From positions 32,736,001 through 32,800,000 of the forward strand of contig OZ024741.1 of NCBI GenBank assembly GCA_964016885.1: a stretch of DNA of 64,000 nt. Reading direction: 5' to 3'. Below, one piece after another: positions 28,728 through 46,152 of the stretch; the stretch's first letter is position 1; every line of letters starts with the position of its first letter. A program made the position numbers and the translations under genes. This DNA comes from Eledone cirrhosa (taxonomy: Eukaryota). Below the pieces are notes generated by a model. That model searched no databases, was not told where the DNA came from, and saw nothing but the letters and a program-made list of their open reading frames with translations.

Positions 28728-30017
28728 TAAATACATCACGTATGTAGACACGTATATTACGTATATATATGTAGTTATTTGAAAATATATACTGTGCTAT
28801 ATTCCATTATTAATTCTACTCATGGAGATAAGGAAAATACGAAACATTGCATATAAAGCTTTTCTTTATTACGTCTGTAATTTCTTATATTTCCATTGTT
28901 TTTGCTTTAATATTCCATCTCTTTTTTGCTTATTATGTCCATCAGAAAGATGAAAAGGTAAACAAGACTACAGAGAAAAATATCGCAGTTTATACATTGA
29001 AATTGTCTGTTTCTCTTTATCCGCCATTTTTTTTACGTCATTACGTTATGCTATTTATTTATCTTTAGCCAAATTACCGCTAGCAGCGTGGTAAATCTGT
29101 TGAGTTTATAGAGAATAAAATATGGGTAAAAGCATATACTATATATGTTTGTATGATGTTCAGCTGATGAGATATTGCAAACGAAAAATATGAGCAAATT
29201 CAATTCATAAACCTTATACTGCCCAGACGTATTCCTACCTTTCTTTTTCATTCTGTTTCTCTTCAAACGCACCCACTCATTCTCTGCCGCTCTCTCTCTC
29301 TCTATCTATCTCTCTCTCTCTCTCTCTCTCTCTTCAATCACACTCACTCATTCTCTCTCTTTCTCTTCAATCTCACCCACTCATTCTCTGCCTCTCTCTT
29401 TCCCTCTCTTTATCTTTCACTATTACCCCCCTCCCTCTCCCTCTTTTATTTTACTCCAGATTCAATGGCGGACTGCTTCTCTTACCTAGTAAATTGTTAA
29501 TGCAGGCATCGTTAAGTCGTTGATAATCATGAGACCCCGGATCGATCGTCAAGTGGGGCATCTTCGCCTCGTGTCTTTATCACAGTCTTGAGTTAAATCA
29601 AACATTGTGAATGAAAGTTAGTAGATGAAATCTGTGTTAAAGCCCATTGTTTGGGGTGTGACTGTGATTCAGTAGTCCAGCCTCATTGCATAATATGTCA
29701 AGGTGGTTTGACCGAGGAATTATTCTAAAAGCGCAAGTGTATATTAAATAGTGAATCACTTACACGTTGATTTAACGATAAGGACGTTGAATTGATCACA
29801 CAATTAGTAACTGACATTCGAAAGTAACCAATCATTTCAAATTCAAATAGTTTGATTTTTATGTCATATTAAAGTTTCTCAATCACCTTCCTAATAGGGG
29901 CAATGAACCAGTTTTGTCAGTTATGTGAGATATTCAAACCTTTTCCACGGTTGTAGTGATGGCCACTGTTCCCTGGGCTAAACATATTTTAATATTTCAG
30001 AGTGGTAGGAACAACAA

Positions 30018-30222
30018 TAATGGTTTCTTATATAGGCACAAGGCCAGCAATTTGGGGGGAGGGGGAAGTCGATTAAATCGTCCCCAGTACGTGACTAGTA
30101 ATTTATTTTATCGATCCCGTAAGGATGAAAGGCAAAGTTAACCTCGGCGGGATTTGAACTCAGATCATAAACTCTATGCTGCAAAGCATGGCGTCCGACC
30201 CACTACTGATACTGCCAATCCA
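30018..30222 (-). mobile_element. SINE family A
   Basis: Reverse complement of head, B-box and core. Confidence 0.88.
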
Positions 30223-32839
30223 ACAACAATAATGAAGTATATAAGTAACATATATACGTGTGTAACAGGAGTTATAGCGAATGTGTGTGTGTGTGAGAGG
30301 GACCATATTGCTGAGAGGGCGTAAGAAGAAATTTCCTAAGTCTTCTGAGACATTGGACAAACTTGATATCCACATGAACTAGGAATGGTAAAACTGGGGC
30401 GCTTCTCTTCTGATTGGAAGTAGGTTCTTTAGAAAAGCGAAAAATGTACGGAAACAAGTAATGTTCTTCTGGTATGGCTCTCGTTGGAGGAACATAGGGA
30501 AGTATCCTCAGAACTTTACAACCTCTCCACGAATACTTACAACATAGGAGATTCCGCTAAAATCCCCGAATTACTAAGCGATGGTTTTAAGCCGAACTTT
30601 GACTTATCTCTACAGCCCAGGAAAAAGAACTTTCCTGCCGACTGATTAAAATTAACTTTTACTCATATATGATAGACCATTCCGGTGCTATGGCAAATTT
30701 TATTTGCGGAATGAAAGTCGAAATCACAAACGCAGTTACGAAACACAATTCTTCGCTGAACAGCCATGTCTGCACCATATAGTAAACTAGTAAACGATGG
30801 TCGATTAATTGGATGATCTCTTGGTAAATAATAGCTAGCGATCTCCATATATTTTAACAGTATACTATTCTGGGGTAATAATATAGTGCTCTGTGTATGT
30901 TTAATAGATAGACAGAGCTGAAAATGCTCCTAAGCTTGATCGTAATGCCTATCTTATGATATGTATTCCCTTTACAATTACTTGATTGGTGTAAGGAGTA
31001 CCGTAATCACAATCAAAATGCTTGAAGAATGTAAAGAAATGTGAGCATACTTGTCAATGTTTTTCTTTAGGGAAGTGATATATGTCAAAGAAAAATATGA
31101 CTGTGTTTGAACGGTTACCAGCATGAGGGGTTAGACTCATCTGCATTGGAATACAAATAATTAAATTGAAAACAAGTAGGGTATTTATCTAATAAAAGAA
31201 GTATGAGAATAACCCTCTCCTTCCCTAGGAACCACAAATGTTAATGCAATATGAGCCACACAGAAGCTAATACAGTTGTTCACATTGAATATTCAGATGG
31301 AAAATTTAGATCTAGTTCACAGACATATAACTTAACTTGAAAGTTCTCAGATGAACGAAGGTCGAATGATTTCCTGATGCCATGAACAGATCTATCTCTT
31401 TTTGGACATATATCTCATACGAGATAGAATAATAATGTAACATACGATTAGACATCTCCGGAAGACTGAACTCTAAGAAAACGCTGTGATCACTCGATGG
31501 GAAAAACATCACAGATGACAATCAAACTGAAAGGGTAGAAGTTTGAGGTTTGAGAGTGGAGATGGTATACACGTCCATAGGTTTATATAGGTTTAAGCAG
31601 ATATTAGTTAATACAAAATGTATTTGAGATGGTGTCAAATTGTATGTTTTCAAAGTGAAGTAAATCTTCTTTTCTGTCAAGTTTCTGAACAAATTTATAT
31701 ATTTTAATACAAATATTCACAGTACAGGTGAATACAGCACTTGTCAAGAATACTAATAAATATTCATATACTGAAGACATGTTCAACATAGAAATTAATA
31801 AAACTTAGCAAATTCTTACCAATATTGGATATTCTAACAGGTTGCAAGACAAATATTTCAAGATATTCCTGCATTTATTTAATAAAATACTAAATTGATA
31901 AACGTAAGAACATTATAATATATAAAATGTGCTACCACGACAAATTATAGACCAGACGAAAGATTAATCATCAGTATTATTAATCAAAGTCTTTAGAATA
32001 TAGAAGGTAAACGCAGACTTAATCTAATAACATATTCCCAAATTAAAAACTAACCGAAAGACTGTTATGTATGACAAAACCTCGAATGTAATTCTATATA
32101 GAGTGTTGCAGGCCATTAACGAAATATATGGATTTAACTGCCAACTTGGTGACTACAAAATATTTTATATATTGGACATACATCGATGTTTTTGTTGAGA
32201 CACTTCACAGATATCATTTAATAAAGTTACGAAAGTAAAAACGTTGTTATGTGTAAGAAAACTTCGAATGTAGCGATAGACCGCTACATCGCATTAAAGT
32301 AATATATGAATTTAATTGCCCACGTGGAAGCTACAAATATATTAGTTATGCTGGAAATGCTACATTATTCTTGCTAAGACACATTCTAGTGTAATTCCTA
32401 GCAGGTGCGATGCGTATACATACAGAAAATTGATAAATTATTCATCTAGATTATAAACAATGGTTGAAGTCGTCAAGGTGTAATGTTCAAATCAAAGAGA
32501 AAAGGGTAGATTCGTTGTTGAAAGATTATTATTTATAAACTTATATAATGCATTTATGGACAATACAACATTAGTTATATTTTCAAACAGGCCAATCAAT
32601 AGTTAATTCTATTTCCGATTGACAAATATTTATACACTAGGACTTTAAACGTCAGTATCTTGTCAGTCGAGTTGTCTCTTTTGAAAACTTCCGGAGATTT
32701 GTTTCAACTCCTTAAAGCCGAGATCTTGAAAGAACACTAAACCGTGTAAAATGTACCTTCCATGCTGCGATTGTTGAATGCCTCTCACTTCGGTAGATCG
32801 AATAAAAAGGGAGACTGCTATAAACAACTGTCATACACG

Positions 32840-32923
<84 letters not shown>

Positions 32924-33837
32924 CTCCATTGCAATATGACAGACCGAATGATTTGGTATTAAACCCAACGAAACTTGGGTATCTATGTAATGCCACTCTT
33001 GTGATCTTATTATATATATATATATTCATATATATGTATATCATCCTTCAAAAATAAGATATTTCTTGAGATCGTTAAAGAAGGAAGTGAAGTGCTCATT
33101 AATATTTCATTTTATAGGGAAATACTAGACTGGTGGAAGCGTGAAACTGCCGCCAGCCTCAGTCAAACGAAATGGAAATAATTCTTGTACCACAAAGGAC
33201 TATATATTTATGTTTATTTGTTTATTTTATATACTATTACATTTATATGTGCATTTTTATTAACAAAATTGTGAAAAACAATTATGATTGAATCAAGATT
33301 TTCGCAACAACTACAGATTGGTAGACATTTTAAAAGCAATCTCTCAAAACTACAGGCAATTCCGATATTTAAATTACATTTATGTAATAAACCTGGACAA
33401 GTGCAAGTAATGCGGTTATTTATTTGTTTAAAATAATCATTTCAGGCAATGTAATGGCATCGATATTATAGACTAAAATAAGTCCTTTGGAAATTGCTTC
33501 AGTTCAAGGCTGAAACTAGTAAACGAAAAATTATATTAGTCAACCAACTTAAGCACAGTGTATGACTGATATATAAATTGTAAACACCCAAGTGTCTATA
33601 CTCCAGTTATTGATATTGTGTAGCACCAGATCGGTTCAAGGTATTGAATTTTCATGATTATTACATTGTATTTCCTTCCTAGCACAGAAATACGATGAAA
33701 TTGACATCTAATTTCCTTACCTGAACCTGATTTATCATATTCTATTTGTTATAGAGTATTTTACGCAAAATATAAAGGGAGTATTAGATATTTCCAAAAG
33801 AACATTCTAAACTTTTCTACTTTAGTCATATTGTTAC

Positions 33838-33926
33838 CTCTTCTTCTTCTTCTTCTTCTTCTTCTTCTTCTTCTTCTTCTTCTTCTTCTTCTTCTTCTTC
33901 TTCTTCTTCTTCTTCTTCTTCTTCTT
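33838..33926. repeat. (CTT)n microsatellite
   Basis: Direct inspection. Confidence 0.97.
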
Positions 33927-35181
33927 GAGACGGTTGTGGAGGCAGAGTCCTCAAACATTCCTTCCTTCGGGTCCTGTCAGAAGAAGCAATCGTCTTCAAC
34001 TGATCTGACTGGATCCTCAAATTAGACCAGCAAAGTTCATGCATGATATCCAACCATCTTGTACTATATCTACCCCTAGGTCTAACTTCAATATTTTTAA
34101 TATCTATCTTTAATCCCATTTAGATTGTAACGGCTTACTAAAACTCAATTCCCTTTCATTTTCCCAAAATTTAAGTATAATTATTGCCCATACTCCGAGG
34201 TGAAATTTTAATGATGCCTTGTATATGATATTATATAATCCATTGAAATGTCTTGAAATTAAAGGATACTTAGAGCCACAACACATTCATGCCTATAATT
34301 ATATTTATAATTCCATAAGCACCATATATCGAATTAATTTAGTAGCAGTACGGGGTCCAAGCTAATAAGCTCTTTCCCAGTTCTTGTGATGAACACATGC
34401 TGATGACCATGCAACAGTCCTAATTAATTACGAAATTGCTGTGGATTTGTAACTATAATTATAACCACATGTACAGCTGATGGATTAGAAATAACTACGG
34501 TCTAATTAAATATGTTAATTTGTTTCTCTAAGTATTGATTGCTGTTACTTTGTTTATGATGTTCACACGCTCTCTATTTCATTTGTTGGTGGTCCACTCT
34601 AAATCGAATAATTAATTGCCACGTTGAAACAATAAAGTAATTTTCTGTAACATTGAGTATTTATGGGACCAACTCAGATAAACTGACAATCTGCCATCTT
34701 GAATATACGACATCGGTAAATTGAAAAATATATATACACATACATATAAATATGTGTGGCCTTATGTGAAAGAATAATTGTGTGTATGTCTGTATGTTTG
34801 TGTGGTGTTTATTGTTTTTTCTTACTACATGTCTACGAGAGAACCGTTTCTAACGAGTACTCCATACATGTGGCATAATATGTGTTTTTGTTTTCTTTAA
34901 GTTGAATCATTTTCATCTCGACATAAGATTCATGCTACTGATATCGTTAGGCGAGACCGTTTGTTTCAGTATCCAGGCTAGACTTATATTCAATGGATCG
35001 GACTTATTAATTTTCCTGTGGTTCTCAATTTTAATTGACTGCTTTTTTCAAAAATCCAATTATATCGTTAAATGTAACGTGCACCCTTGAACATATGTAA
35101 ATACATTTTATTTCACCGAAAAAATTATGGATGTCTTTTTACAAGTTTGCTAGCGGTTCCATTTACGAAGAACTAATTAAA

Positions 35182-35374
35182 TAATTGTTTCTATTTGTGG
35201 TACAATGCCAGCAATTATCCCAGTACATTACTGGCGTTTTATTTTATCGACCTCATAAGGATGAAAGGCAAAGTTAACCTCGACGGGATTTGAACTCTGA
35301 TCGTAAAGGCCCGTAACTCTATGCAGCAAAGCATGGCGTCCGACCCTCTACAGATACTGCCAATCCACCACCCC
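35182..35374 (-). mobile_element. SINE family A, full length
   Basis: Reverse complement of consensus. Confidence 0.9.
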
Positions 35375-35951
35375 TAAATGATATAACAAACTAAATGCAC
35401 ATCTTATATGTATTATATCATAAACATTTATTGCATAATTAGTTACATTCCCAACGAATGCATCTTGCACTAATAACTGTTTCCGGTTGAGTGAAATTCT
35501 GGTTGGTGTTTCATATAAGTAGCGATTTGTCCAATTTGTATTTGTGTATTTTACTTCTGATAAACATGTAAAGTTAATACCTATATATTTTGTGTACGAA
35601 ATAAATAACAAATTGTATTTACATTTGTTTATATTATCATTGCAGGGTTTATACTTTCAAATTTGGGTACCCATATATATATGTATGGTATGCAGCCTCA
35701 AACGACCCAGGCAAAAAGGTGCGGCAAAGAAACGTCTCAAAATAGGCGTTGGTTACATGACCCTGTCCGCATCATGTAACGGATAAAAATTTGTCCGGAA
35801 AAGACAGCCCTAACACCGGCCAGAGTTAGTTACCTCCCTTGACCTGCTGCAAAATCAAAACACGCTATTTTTGCGAGCAATTAATCTTGACGTGAACTTA
35901 ACCCCAAAAACTCTTTCTGTGCAATGTAAGGAACACTTTTGGTTATTTATG

Positions 35952-35992
35952 CCCTTGAGAAGCCCAACTGGGCGAAACGTAACGTAGATGCT
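35952..35992 (+). ncRNA. Variant hammerhead motif (U3-A8)
   Basis: TTGAGAA gccc-aact-gggc GAAA CGTAACG TA, followed by AATAAA; stem I poor. Confidence 0.5.
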
Positions 35993-36330
35993 GTTTTAAA
36001 TAAACATGTTTAACGGTCTATTCTCCGATTTCTTACTTTTCCACATGCTTACCCTCTGCTAACGCTCTAGCCCACTAAATATTAACACTTCGAATATTTA
36101 ATACTGCCGGCACTAGTATCGAGCACCTTTGGCATACGCTACTTAGCAAATAACTATATGTATCACCTATCCTCCCTTTTTTTCTCTCTCTCGATACGTA
36201 AATACTGTATATATATATATATATATATATTTATTAAATAACAGATTAAAGTTTAAGCAAAGAATCGCTGCTTTCACCCTTAACGGGATCTTCTGAAACT
36301 AACTCTTTTAGTCTTCAATTTTATTATTAT

Positions 36331-36403
<73 letters not shown>

Positions 36404-36687
36404 GAGCGACAGGGAGAGAGAGAGGGGGGGGGATAGATAGATATAGATAGAGATAGAGATATAGAAACAAAGATAAACATACAATAAATGTATATACTAA
36501 TTCTATATTTAATGAGTTGCTTCACGGTTGACATTCGAAAAGTATATTGAACTTTAGTTGTCACAGAAATAAGACGTTCTTATAAGTAAACTTACATAAC
36601 TATGGCTTGATAATCTCTTTCAAACATGGTTACTCTATATCAGGTGAAAGAATGTAATCAATCTTCATAATTTAATACGCGTAATGT

Positions 36688-37520
36688 TATAATATATTGT
36701 AAATATAATATATTATATATATAATATAGTGTAAATATTACATAGTGTAAATATAATATATTGTAAATATAATGTTTTAAATATAATATATTATATTTAT
36801 AAAATAGTGTAAATATAATATATTGTAAATATAATATATTGTAAATATAATATATTATAAATATAATATAGTGTAAATATAATATAGTGTAAATATAATA
36901 TATTGTAAATATAATATAATGTAAATATAATATATTGTAAACATAATATATTGTAAATATAATATATTGTAAATATAATATATTGTAAATATAATTTTTT
37001 TTAATAAATATAACATATTATAAATATAATATATTATAAATATAATATATTATAAATATAATATATTATAAATATAATATATTGTAAATATAATATATTA
37101 TAAATATAATATATTGTAAATATAATATATTGTAAATATAATGTATTATAAATATAATATATTTTAAATATAATATATTATAAATATAATAGTATATTTA
37201 TAATATAGTTGAAATATAATATATTACAAATATAATATAGTATAAATATAATATATTATAAATATAACATATTGTAAATATAATATATTATAAATATAAT
37301 ATATTATAAATATAATATAGTATGAATATAATAGTATATCTATAATATATTATAAATATAATATATTACAAATATAATATAGTATAAATATAATATATTA
37401 TAAATATAATATATTGTAAATATAATATATTATAAATATAATATATTGTAAACATAATATATTATACATATTATATATTATAAATATAATATATTATAAA
37501 TATAATAGTATATCTATAAC
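36688..37520. repeat. 16-bp AT-rich minisatellite (AAATATAATATATT(G/A)T)n
   Basis: About 50 tandem units by inspection. Confidence 0.92.
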
Positions 37521-38185
37521 AAATGTTTCTACCGATTGGCAACAATCTGTCAATTTTGGCGGGAGGTGCATTACTGGTACTATATTTTATTGTCCCCGTA
37601 ATTGCTGGCCTTGTGTCAAAAATAGAAACAATTATTATGTGTAAATGGTGGCCATATTCGCATATTCACAACATTTTTAAAACGATTCTTTTTAAATAGG
37701 AAATTGTTAGGAGCGCATCAAGCCTGATAACGAAGTCATCGTTATGTCATAGCTGAGGAAACGGATATATCTATCTATTTTCTGGCGCTAGGGTTTGGTT
37801 AACTTGTCAGCAGAACCCAGCTCCGATATGCCATCCAAAAATCAGTGTAAATTTAATCAAATCACTATGTTTTTATTATATTTTCTTTTCGTTATTATTA
37901 TATAATAAATACATTTATCTATATTTCTAAAATAAAATATTCGAGAATACTCCAATTATCTATATTTCGAATATTCATAATATTATCCAATTATGATAGT
38001 GGTGTCTAACTTTCTCAGCAGTGTCTAGTGTATATAAATTCGTAACTAATTAAAAAGATATTAACATCTGAGAGATAGTTGACTTTTCGATGTTGGAGTC
38101 ATAGGTATTAATTAAATGTCAGAATTGCACATTGGCTGTACGTGATTCAATTCTAAATGTAGAAGTCACGCAGAACACAAACACC

Positions 38186-39600
<1,415 letters not shown>

Positions 39601-40603
39601 ATTTATTTGCATATTTATACATATTTATACATATTTATATATGTTTGTTGGTCTGTGTGTGTTTGCGTGTCGGTGTGCATGTGTGTGTGTATTTTGTATA
39701 CGTGTGCTTTATCAGATTATATGAGACATTAATCTTACCGGCCCTCATATATTTGTGACGTTTTACAACCAATTTTAGATATTCTAATCTTGTATTCATT
39801 ATTTCCTTAATGGGGATAATTGTGACATCATACCACATACTACGCAACATATTAACATTGTGTATGGCGTTTTGACTCAGCATTCGCGTGTAAAAAAGCC
39901 CACTACAATATTAATATTCAAGACTTCCACAGATCGCATATATATCTTATTCTTCTTACTCATGAGTTTGTCTTAGATCGTTTATCTGTTCCCAAGGCCC
40001 ATCTTGATGTTGTCCACAAATTTGGGCTCTAACACACACATGAAAACGTAAATCTCAGCTGAAACAACAGAATTGAAAATACAAAGATAGCATGTTCAAA
40101 TGCTCTTTCTCTTTAAATGAGGAGATATCTTTACGGCCACACAATTCAACTGAAACGTTCAGGATTCTTTGGTTTCTTATCTTATGTGTGTCTGTCTGTG
40201 AGTTTGTGTCAGTTGTGTGGGCGTGCGTTTGTGCGCGTGTGTGTGAGAGATAGAGGGGGAGAGAGAGAGTGTGTGTGTATGTGTGTTTGCGTGCGTGTCT
40301 TTTACCAGAATATATATGAAACAACAATATCACGGGTGTTTCGACTGTTTGTGGCATTTTGCAAAGAATTCCAAGATAGGATTACGAAAGTAATTGAGAA
40401 TGAAGCATATCGTACAAGTTTCGTGGCTCTCTTTTTTATTCATGTCGTACATGAGATCTTAGCAGGTATTTATGATTCTTGAGCACTTTTAACAGTGATA
40501 TATATGTCATATTCTGAAGGTTGACTTGTCGATGCAGTCTTCGGATACAAACATTTCGACAGGACTTATACAAATGAATAACCAGACATTCTCGATGCAG
40601 GTG

Positions 40604-40721
<118 letters not shown>

Positions 40722-40965
40722 GGCTTCTACAGGACTAAAACTGTTTTATTCGGAAGAAATCACCAGGTGCGCATGTGGTTACCACCGATTGAACCCGGAA
40801 TAAACTTATATATATCGAGGGAGTGTAACTTGGAGTTACTCTAGGTTCATCCGGGTGAGCACTCGATGTTTAGGATCACTTCGGTGTCGAGGTGTAGAGC
40901 TAGACAGTGTTTTATAGTGAAATAAAATAACAAGGACGATTGGTTAGTCCTTCATTGCGTTTATT

Positions 40966-41056
40966 GGTAGGTGACGCGCGTTTCGCCACCGATTAGCTCA
41001 AGATTCGATCTGCATCGATCTGACCCGACTCTGCAATCCGCGGCTCGTCAGTCCCC
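40966..41056 (-). ncRNA. Type I hammerhead motif with long stem II
   Basis: CTGACGA gccgcggatt...aatcggtggc GAAA CGCGCG TC acct; canonical GUC site; in TA-flanked element ~40815-41080. Confidence 0.75.
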
Positions 41057-41079
41057 TTGTAAATTTACTAGGGGTCTTG

Positions 41080-41191
<112 letters not shown>

Positions 41192-41194
41192 GGT

Positions 41195-41511
<317 letters not shown>

Positions 41512-41654
41512 CATTATCGGAGAAAGCTAATAGCGATACTCCGACCAAATCCCAACTCACTCAACAAACAGGCAATAAGTGAGTATATTCCTAATTAAAC
41601 ATTCGGGGTGCTATTGTGTGGAAAATTGGCTGTATTATTTCATATGAGATATAT

Positions 41655-41700
<46 letters not shown>

Positions 41701-41965
41701 GAGAGAGAGAGAGAGAGAGATATCAAATATATATAGATATAGATATATCAAATATATATATATATATATAGATATATGAAATATATATATATATATAGAT
41801 ATATCAAATATATATATATATATATAGATATATCAAATATATATATATAGATATATCAAATATCTCTCTCTATATATATATATTACTCTTTTACCTGTTC
41901 CAGCCATCCGGCTGATGGGTGTGAGGCAATAAGGATACACATTTGCAGCTTTATGAAACTTTATT

Positions 41966-42053
41966 GCATATTACAATTGTTTCGATATCGATCAGCTCAG
42001 GTTTGACCAGGTGAGCGGACCCCTACTCTTAATCGACATTTCTTCAGGTATGC
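41966..42053 (-). ncRNA. Type I hammerhead motif with long stem II
   Basis: gcatac CTGAAGA aatgtcgatta...tgatcgatatc GAAA CAATTG TA atatgc; AATAAA follows. Confidence 0.78.
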
Positions 42054-42334
42054 GAGTTGACATGGGTGGTCACACGTAAATATGTATATGATGCAGATAC
42101 AGAACACCCGACGCTTCCATTTCTATTCTCGTTGCTGTAAAGCTAAATACACTTCTGCTTACTTATGAGCACGTATGCCGCTATGTCTCTAAGGTCTGTT
42201 ACAAAGACATACTTAACGAATCACTATCGAAAACACAGTTCTTTGGTAATCACCCTCGCACAAGAGTGGACATATTATAAACTGCAGAAGCTCCATTTGG
42301 TAAACCATGGCCCACTAAATAAACCACCACCCCC

Positions 42335-42408
<74 letters not shown>

Positions 42409-42409
42409 A

Positions 42410-42881
42410 AGTTTTATTTAAATTGTTGGGTTAACAACGAGTAAATATTTATAACTGATATAAAAGCACTCAACAAGTATTTGGAGTATATTTACGATAT
42501 TAAATAAATGGAAACTATATTTATAAAACCATATTTATTTCATTATATATATTTCAGGGATATCATATTAAAAATATGTTATGCCTTCTTCAGACAAAAT
42601 ACAATATAAACAGTCTTATAAATAGATAGATTCGACATACCTCTCAACTTCGACTTCTATTTGAAAAGTTGATTTGGTAGTGGAAAAAATATTAGGGACA
42701 GTTATAAAAAGAAAGAAAGAAAAAACGAAGAAAAAGAAGAAATGCATGCAACTAAATAGAGAGAGAGAGATATAGAGAGATAGATAGAGAGAAGAAATTC
42801 ATGTAAAGAAACAGAGAGAGATATATAGAGAGAGGAAAAAACACAGAGGGAGATAGATAGAGAGAGAGAGAGAGAGAGAAG

Positions 42882-42944
<63 letters not shown>

Positions 42945-45808
42945 TATAGAGAGATAGATATAGATAGAGATAGAGAGAAAGAAAATAGGTAGTTGTGCAC
43001 CAGTTGAATGACGTATCAATGATATAGTTATTTATTTATTTATTTATTTAGCTCTAGTATCAATGTAGAGAGAGGTGTATGTGGTTAAGAGAGAAAACAG
43101 CCGTTACATAGAGAGAAAAGAAAAATTACCAGACAAAAACGAGGCAGATTTAAAACACTATGTATCATCAATGTAAAAAAATATCAATTCGTATAAAACA
43201 GGCATTATAATGTAAATATCAGTATTCATGAATGAGACACGTATCAATAATATGTGAAAAATAATGATCATATGTCTAGTTTAAAATTCATAGGTTTATA
43301 TTAGAAGGTTATCCCAGATTTTATACTATATACATCCATGTGAATTTACGTGATCAGCTCTGCAAATTCCTATTTCACACGAAAACATTCTCATTGTGCT
43401 ATAAAAATTCTAGTATACATATATGTGTACATACACACAAATATATATAGAGTCTACATTAATGTTAACAATACTATTCATGTCTTTACTCTACATGATT
43501 ATCGTTCAAGCATAAATAGAGAACAGATATCAATATATCAATAAAAATATCAGAAACAAAAAGTAAATAAAAAACAAAAAATCAAAAAAATATTAAAAAT
43601 AAAAATAAAAATATTAAAAATATTAAAAATATTAAAATAAAATAAAAATGAAACATAGTATGCCCCGCAAATCAACCACAGAGATCAACCCTTCAAAGTT
43701 AATTAACAATATATTGCCAAGTTCGTTATAAGCATCAGAATCAAAAGCAAACAAAACCAAAAAATTATTTACCAAATCCTGTCTAGCAGAAAACATTCCA
43801 AAAGTTTAGGATACCCATTTGATCTACAGATGGTCTTATATTTAATATAGAAGTTTATCTAGTGTAAAATCAGCTTTTAGGGTAGTTTAATTATTCATGA
43901 AGAATGTTTAAAATAAAAAGGAATCGAAAGATTTATCGGCGAGTTTCATAAATAATTATAAATCAAATTAAATATACTACATTTTAAATTTATATTTATA
44001 TTTAAAAGTTGAGTTCAATCTATGTCTGCAGCAACTGAATAAATTTGTCCGTAAATTAAGGGAATTTTTAGATTTTAGTATAAAGAATATCTCCTCCGCG
44101 CAGAGGTTACATGTCTCAGAGGATGAATTAAAAGGAATCCCTCTTGAAACTATATTCCAAGCCGTTGAATATCCAACGTTATCATGCCTAAGTTGCCAGA
44201 GTAGGCCTGATAGTGATATTGAGGATTTTTTGCTTGGATCTGTGAAAGAATTCTTGTGGTTATTATAGCGAAGTTTAAATTCTGTTGAGGTGGAACCAAC
44301 ATAGTTAAAAGAATTTAAGTCCGTTTTAACATTACAGTTGTATATTATATTTTTAACTAAGCAATTGTTATTTAACGGACATTTAGATCTATCTCTACAG
44401 TTACATTTGTTAACTTGGATATTATTTATGCTATTATCGGTATTTTGGCTAGGTTTTAAATTCCTATTATTTATTCTATTAATATTTTGTGCTAAATTTT
44501 TGGTGGATGAGTAGGTTAATTTTATAGTATGTCTATTGAAAATTGAGTGATACCTATGTGTTCTAGGGAAGCGATTATCAAGAGCATTAAAAAATAGTTT
44601 AGCGATGTGGGTTTTAATGTTTAGTGAGAAAGGGGGGGGGCAAACCATATTATATTCCTAGGTCTATTTCTTTTTTGGCTTTTGGAATTATTGTAATGCT
44701 TTCTATTATAGTTGTTAAAGTTGTTGCCGTAATTAAAATTGTTGTTATTTTGGTTAGTTTGTCTATTATTATCTATGTACATAATTTTATCACTATATCC
44801 TGCTCTAGCTAACGCTTCATTGTAATACTGGGCTTTTTCGTCGAAAATCTTTTTATTAGATGAGATTCTAGAGATACGATTTTGAACAGAGTTTACTATA
44901 GTATTTTTAACAGATCTGGGGTGGTTAGAGTGAAAGCTGACATAGTTTAAGTTTTCATTCAACTTGTGAAATGGATAGTGAAGACATGTGTTGAGATTTA
45001 ATGTTACATCTAGGAAATTGACTATTCTATGGTTATTCTCAATTTCTATTTTTAGATTAAAGTAATTAAAACATTGTGTAATTTGTTTTCTTTTTCTATT
45101 TAGTTCAGAGTTATTATTTTCAATAAGTAAAAGCATGTCATCTCTATATAAACCTCCGGTAGCACCGAGTATTTTCCTATGCAGCGAATTGATTAAAAAT
45201 AGGCCCACAAGGTCAGTTACCTGAGCTGAGTCGGATGATCCCATAGTAATGTCGAAATTGTTATCTCTATCTGCTCTGGTCCATAGTTGGTCATTAAATT
45301 CTATCAATGTTTTCCTAGCCGATAATATAATGTGCATTTCATTGCTAGTTAGGTCTGTATGTTTGAATGCGTAATTTAGTGCCTTATTTAGTAGATTAGG
45401 GGTAATAGATGAATAATAGTTAGCGATATCTAGTTGAATAAACTTATTATTATTGTTATATTTAATTTCTTTAAACCACTCAACAACCTCTCCAGTTCCC
45501 TTCCACAAGCTCAAGTTAGGTACACAATTCAAGTTTTTAATTTGCCGTATCACCCTGTCTAGAATGTTTTTGCTTAGTTTACGCAGGTCCGATTTTGTTG
45601 GTGCAATCAATCTGTTTTTTCCACTACCAAATCAACTTTTCAAATAGAAGTCGAAGTTGAAATGTATGTCGAATCTATCTATTTATAAGACTGTTTATAT
45701 TGTATTTTGTCTGAAGAAGGCATAACATATTTTTAATATGATATCCCTGAAATATATATAATGAAATAAATATGGTTTTATAAATATAGTTTCCATTTAT
45801 TTAATATC

Positions 45809-45812
<4 letters not shown>
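42410..45812 (-). mobile_element. 5'-truncated Naiad-like Penelope element with inverted pLTRs
   Basis: ORFs 45610-44621 and 44648-43977 (one frameshift): IQLDIANYY, MGSSDSA, GLYRDD, FLDVT, SNHP, CNC-x5-CP-x4-C, NIIY..YVG, FKLRYNNH, CNLC; 42494-42690 inverted at 45615-45812. Confidence 0.92.
45703..45768 (+). ncRNA. Type I hammerhead in inverted pLTR; mirror at 42536-42601 (-)
   Basis: tattttgt CTGAAGA aggcataacatatt-ttt-aatatgatatccct GAAA tatata TA atgaaata. Confidence 0.82.
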
Positions 45813-45858
<46 letters not shown>

Positions 45859-46041
45859 GGCCCTACTAGAAGGCTCTATCCGGTCACGAATGGCCATGGT
45901 TTGCACCTGGAAAGTTTCCCTCCGAGGCACAAGCCTGGGCAAGGTTTGTTTTGTTGAAGACCAGCAGTCACCCATGCATAGTCACAACCTCTCAAATGCA
46001 AGCTCTAACCATGAGCCTTCACGTATATACATATACTAATA

Positions 46042-46152
46042 ATAATTGTTTCTACGTTAGGCACAAGACCAGCAAAAACCCACTGTATTACTGGTACTTT
46101 ATTTTATCGACCCCGTAAGTATGAAAGGCAAAGTTAGCCTCGGTGGGATTTA
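46042..46152 (-). mobile_element. SINE family A 3' part
   Basis: Reverse complement of core and tail. Confidence 0.8.

Noticed and set aside
31312-31789. Minus-strand ORFs of 69 and 61 aa in unique sequence
   Set aside because: No recognisable motif; the nearest good acceptor (~31527) leads to stops in all three frames
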